Part shown: piece by piece, positions 57,377 to 64,000 of the stretch
Layout of the letters: the number at the start of each line of letters is the position of its first letter
How positions within the stretch are numbered: the first letter of the stretch is position 1
Source: Dictyostelium discoideum
Taxonomy: Eukaryota
Reading direction: 5' to 3'
DNA: 64,000 bases
Assembly (NCBI GenBank): GCA_000004695.1
Contig: CM000151.3
Coordinates: 2,912,001 to 2,976,000 of the forward strand
Notes under the pieces: generated by a model
Told to the model about the DNA's origin: nothing
Database searches by the model: none
Seen by the model: only the letters and a program-made list of their open reading frames with translations
Translations under genes and position numbers: made by a program

Positions 57377-59620
57377 TTATTCTTGATTCTTTGGAAGTGG
57401 AACAATTAAATTATTCCAAGTTTGAATGTTGCTTCTATATTCATTTTCAATGGTAACCAATCTACTTAAAATATCGGTACAAGTTGGTCTATTTTCGAGA
57501 TTTGGATCCCAGCAATCTTGAATCAATGAAACCAATGACTCTGGACATGCATTTGGTATTGTTGGTCTAAGGTTTTTCTTTGCTGTTTGAATAATAATTT
57601 GGAAATCATGTTGTAAATTCTAAAATAATAAAAATAAAAAGAGTTAGAAATATATTTTTTTAAAAAAAAAAAAATTAAATTTTTAAAAATACAAACCTTA
57701 TATTCTGAAAAAGGTCTTTCATATCTACCATTTATACATCTTGTGACCAATTCCCATAGGATAACAGCGATTGAGTAAACATCAGATTTACCAGAGAATT
57801 GTTCACCATAATAAACTTCTGGAGCACAATAAGCAAAGGTACCTCTCATTTTTACCAATGTTTCTAAATTTGATCCTGTATTGAAACGACTTAAACCAAA
57901 ATCACAAACCTTTATTTCCCATTTATCATTTACCAATAAATTTAAACTCTTTAAATCTCTATGAACGATTGGTGGATCCCATTTATGTAAACATTCAATA
58001 CCTCTAACTGTTTCAATTGCAAATCTAAATGTTCTTTCCCATCCAATATCCAATGAATTATTATCCATAACATGATATAAACTACCTCTTGAACAATTTT
58101 CCATTACCATACATAATTTTGGTTCCAATACTGCACCATAAAAATGTACAACATGTTTCGATCTTATGGCACTATAAAAATTAAAAAAAAAAAAAAAATA
58201 ATAAAATTTTAGTTAATATACATATATATTTCTTTTTTTCATTTTCATTTTCATTTTTTTTTTTTTTTTTTTTTTCAAAAAATAATAATAATAAATATAA
58301 AATTAAATGCTTACCTCATAATTTGGAATTCTTTTTTAAATTCTTCAATTTCTTTTGATTCAGTCATTGATTTTAATACTTTAATTGCAACTTCTTTACC
58401 TCTATATAAACCTTTATAAACTTTACCAGAACTACCAGCACCCAATTTCTCAGTATACTCCAACTCATTATCATTAATAATATTTACTTCACCAACATGT
58501 CTTAGTGTATGTAATGAATGTCTAAGTCCACTAATATCTGGTGTATCTGGTGGTGTTGGATCTTCTTCTATTATAAGTTCTGGTGTTTTTGGTTTTTTTG
58601 TTTGTTCATCTAATAATAATTAATGATAAAAATAATAATAATAATTAATAATAATAATAATATTAGTAAATAAATAAATATTTTAAAAAATAAATAAATA
58701 AATAAATAATACATACTTGCTAAATTTGAAGTTTCTTTTAAAATTCTTAATCTTGTACCAGTAGAAGTAATACCCATTTTATTTAAAATATCTTCACTCA
58801 TTTCACCCAATTCATCTAAAAACATTTCTTCCTTTAAAAAAGCATCTTTGTATTGTTCGAAACCATGTTTTTGTAACCAATCAAAGAGATCTTTATACTT
58901 TTTGATACGAGCAGTCATATCCTTGTTACCCTCTTCAACGGCCAATTGATAAGGAGTTTTTCTCTCTTTTGTACCAACACAATCAACATCAGCACCAGCC
59001 TTCAAAAGTACAGACACTAAATCCTCACGACCTAAACGTACGGCATAGTGAAGTGGTGATTCTTGAAATTGAGTTGCCAAATTAACGTTGGCACCATTTT
59101 TCAATAAGAGACCAACCATCATAAGACGTACTGAATTGTTAAAGATTGCCTTGTGTAACGGTGTTTCACCATTCTTATTTTGAGCATTCACATTGACACC
59201 CTTTTGAATGAATAGTTGAAATGGTTCTTGACAATTTGGTGATCTAAATTTCTGGCAAAAGTAGTGAATTGGTGTGTTTAAATCATCGTTTTGTACATCT
59301 ACATTAATGTTTTCATATTGTAATACCCTCATCAATATCCTATCATCACTACTCACTGCTTGATGTAATGCTGAAAATCCATTCTTGTCAAAGGTATTTA
59401 TATCTGCCTTTAATGTTACACATAAACTCAACAAGAGTTCCACCATCTCTTCATTATTATTCTTTAATGCTATAGTTAATGCTGATTGTCCATATTGATC
59501 AAATGATGTTAAATTACTTTTACTAATCTTTTTTTTACTTGATAATTTCTTAACTTTTGTAACATCATTTTGTTCAACTGCACTAAATAATTGATGTTGT
59601 TGTTGTTGAGTTGATGACAT
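57377..59620 (-). CDS. Ankyrin-repeat / SAM-domain / protein kinase (TKL-like). Four exons: 58720-59620, 58316-58608, 57700-58175 (approximate), 57377-57610 (approximate).
   Basis: ANK repeats (GQSALTIALKNNNEEMVELLL..., GFSALHQAVSSDD..., GETPLHKAIFNNSVRLMMVGLLLKNGANVN, ESPLHYAVRLGREDLVSVLLKAGADVD). SAM-like YKDLFDWLQKHGFEQYKDAFLKEEMFLDELGEMSEDILNKMGITSTGTRLRIL. Kinase subdomains LGAGSSGKVYKG...VAIKVLK, HRDLKSLNLLV, DFGLSRF, APEV, DVYSIAVILWEL. Donors GTATGT, GTAAGC, GTTTGT. Confidence 0.8.
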
Positions 59621-59927
59621 TGTATTTTTATTATTAATATTTAATTTTTATTTTTTTTATTTTTTTTTTATTTAATTTTATGTGTGTGTTTTTAATATAT
59701 ATATATTTTTTTTTTTTTGTAATACAAACTGAAGTTTTTTTTTTTTTTTTTTTTTTAATCTTTCTTTAAAAAAAAAAAAGTGAATTATATAATGTACAGG
59801 GATATGTAAAAAAAAAAAAAAAAATATATAAAAAAAAACAAATAAATAAAAATATTGAAAAAAAAAAAATAATAATAATATTGATATTATACGCAAACAA
59901 TTAAATTTATCCTGAAAAAAAAAATCT

Positions 59928-59959
<32 letters not shown>

Positions 59960-60199
59960 AATTTTTTTTTTTTTAAAAAAAAAAAAAAAATAAATAAAAA
60001 AAATAAAAAAAAAATATTGAAGGTACAATAAACTTTGGATTGTTGGAAAAAAAAAAAAAAAATAATAATAATAATGATTAAAATAAAAATAATTTTTCTT
60101 TAAGTTGTTTTAATGTTATGTGATTAAAAAAATAATAATAATGATTAAAATAAAAATAAAAAATAAAAATAATAAAAATAATAAAAAAAAAACCCACAT

Positions 60200-60233
<34 letters not shown>

Positions 60234-60280
60234 CCATCAAAAAAAAAAAAAACTTTAATTGAATATATTATTATATATAC

Positions 60281-60360
60281 CGTTGACCAAGATTCTTCTC
60301 TCTCTTAGCTGTGGTTAATCATGCTCTTGGTTGGGCTCTCACAGCTAATATTCATTTTAT
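60281..60360 (+). ncRNA. Candidate small structured ncRNA (speculative). A GC-richer ~80-nt segment with a 9-bp terminal-type stem, about 80 nt downstream of a DUSE-like ACCCACAT motif (60192-60199), and flanked by ~35-bp direct repeats.
   Basis: Sequence ccgttgaccaagattcttctctctcTTAGCTGTGgttaatcatgctcttggttgggctctCACAGCTAAtattc. Stem TTAGCTGTG/CACAGCTAA (60305-60313 / 60340-60348). Inner complementarity CCAAG/CTTGG. No ORF. Strand is unproven. Confidence 0.25.
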
Positions 60361-60718
60361 TCGATTACAAACAAATTAAAAATATAATAGTCATAACAAT
60401 AAAAAACTTTAATTGAATATAATATATATATATATAACGAATTTCTATATTAAAATAATTTTATTTTATTTATTTTTTAATTTTTTTTTTTTTTTTTTGA
60501 TTTTTTTGATTTATTTTATTTTTGTTTTTATAATTGTTTTTATATTTATTTTATTTTAATTTTATACTTGAATGTTTTTTAAACATTATATATATATAAT
60601 TTGGGCTTTTTCATAGAAACTTATATTAATTTAGTCAAAAATGATTTAAAATTTCTAATAATAGTAAATATGAATCCATTTTTTTTATTTTTAATTTTAT
60701 TTTTTATTTTTAATTTTT

Positions 60719-60759
<41 letters not shown>

Positions 60760-60871
60760 TTCAAAAATTTCGCTGACACCATAAAAATTTTTTTATTTTT
60801 TAATTTAAATTAATTTCGAAAACAAGTTTTGGAAAAAACATATATTTATAGATATTAAAAAATTCTAAAAA

Positions 60872-63587
<2,716 letters not shown>

Positions 63588-63861
63588 AAAAAATAAAATA
63601 AAATAAAAATAAACAAAAAAAAAGATAAAATAAAACAAAGTATAATAATACTAATAGTAATAATAATAATAATAATAATGATAAAAACTAAATTATTATT
63701 ATTTATATTTTATCAAAATAATTTTAATATAAAAAATAAAATATTTTTAATTCTTTTTTATTTATATCTTTTTTTTTTTATTTTTTTTTTTTATTTAAAT
63801 AATTAAACTATATTTGTTTTTTTTTTAGTACAAAGTTTTTATAAATTAATATCGAGAATTT

Positions 63862-63967
63862 AAAATAATAAACTAATAATGAAGATAGCAATTAAAATAA
63901 CAGAGGAATTTACAATTAATTTTGAGGTTGAACTGTAAAATTCTTCATCTTGTTGAAATTCTTCTTC

Positions 63968-63999
<32 letters not shown>

Positions 64000-64000
64000 G
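63862..64000 (-). CDS. Partial 3' end of a minus-strand gene that runs off the window: a poly-Gln tract followed by a hydrophobic C-terminal tail.
   Basis: Reverse complement reads ...[45 protein letters not shown]. Only a fragment is visible. Confidence 0.3.

Overview
The window is AT-rich (about 75-80% A+T) eukaryotic nuclear DNA with the hallmarks of a dictyostelid social amoeba (Dictyostelium discoideum-type). Long homopolymer A/T intergenic tracts are common. Coding regions are interrupted by (AAT)n/(CAA)n tracts that encode poly-Asn and poly-Gln. Introns are short (60-300 bp), AT-rich, and of GTAAGT/GTATGT...(T)nAG type. It is not prokaryotic: I find no operons, CRISPR arrays, insertion sequences, rRNA or tRNA genes, and the long ORFs do not look like transposon genes. 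By manual splicing of the six-frame track I reconstruct about 21 protein-coding genes on both strands. Note that several track ORFs begin with TTG/GTG codons displayed as M, and many are split by introns. Genes recognised with reasonable confidence: dipeptidyl-peptidase III (M49), a small HSP (alpha-crystallin/HspG family), a VPS35L-like retriever subunit, a 1736-aa hybrid histidine kinase, a DHHC palmitoyltransferase, an ATG4 cysteine protease, a pirin, NF-YC, an M1 aminopeptidase, an RNF4-like RING/SIM ubiquitin ligase, cAMP receptor cAR1 (carA; the splice model gives exactly 392 aa), and an ankyrin-SAM-TKL kinase. The more unusual items follow. Three bacterial-type, probably organelle-targeted RNA/translation factors lie within 18 kb: an EF-P homologue with Arg at the modification site, an RlmI-like 23S rRNA m5C methyltransferase, and a RAP-domain protein with three W-Y...GGS...YPEEW repeats. 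A tandem pair of coactosin-like ADF-H domains is split by a -1 frame change at an A8 run. A conserved ~65-bp GT-rich module lies upstream of both the histidine kinase and carA. A CA/CT versus GT/GA inverted complementary repeat sits in a 4-kb gene desert. A GC-richer, structured, direct-repeat-flanked segment lies ~80 nt downstream of a DUSE-like ACCCACAT motif and is a candidate small ncRNA. I found no exciting novel multi-gene system in the prokaryotic sense; the findings are individual eukaryotic genes, regulatory modules and candidate RNAs. All coordinates are hand-derived and may be off by 1-2 nt.
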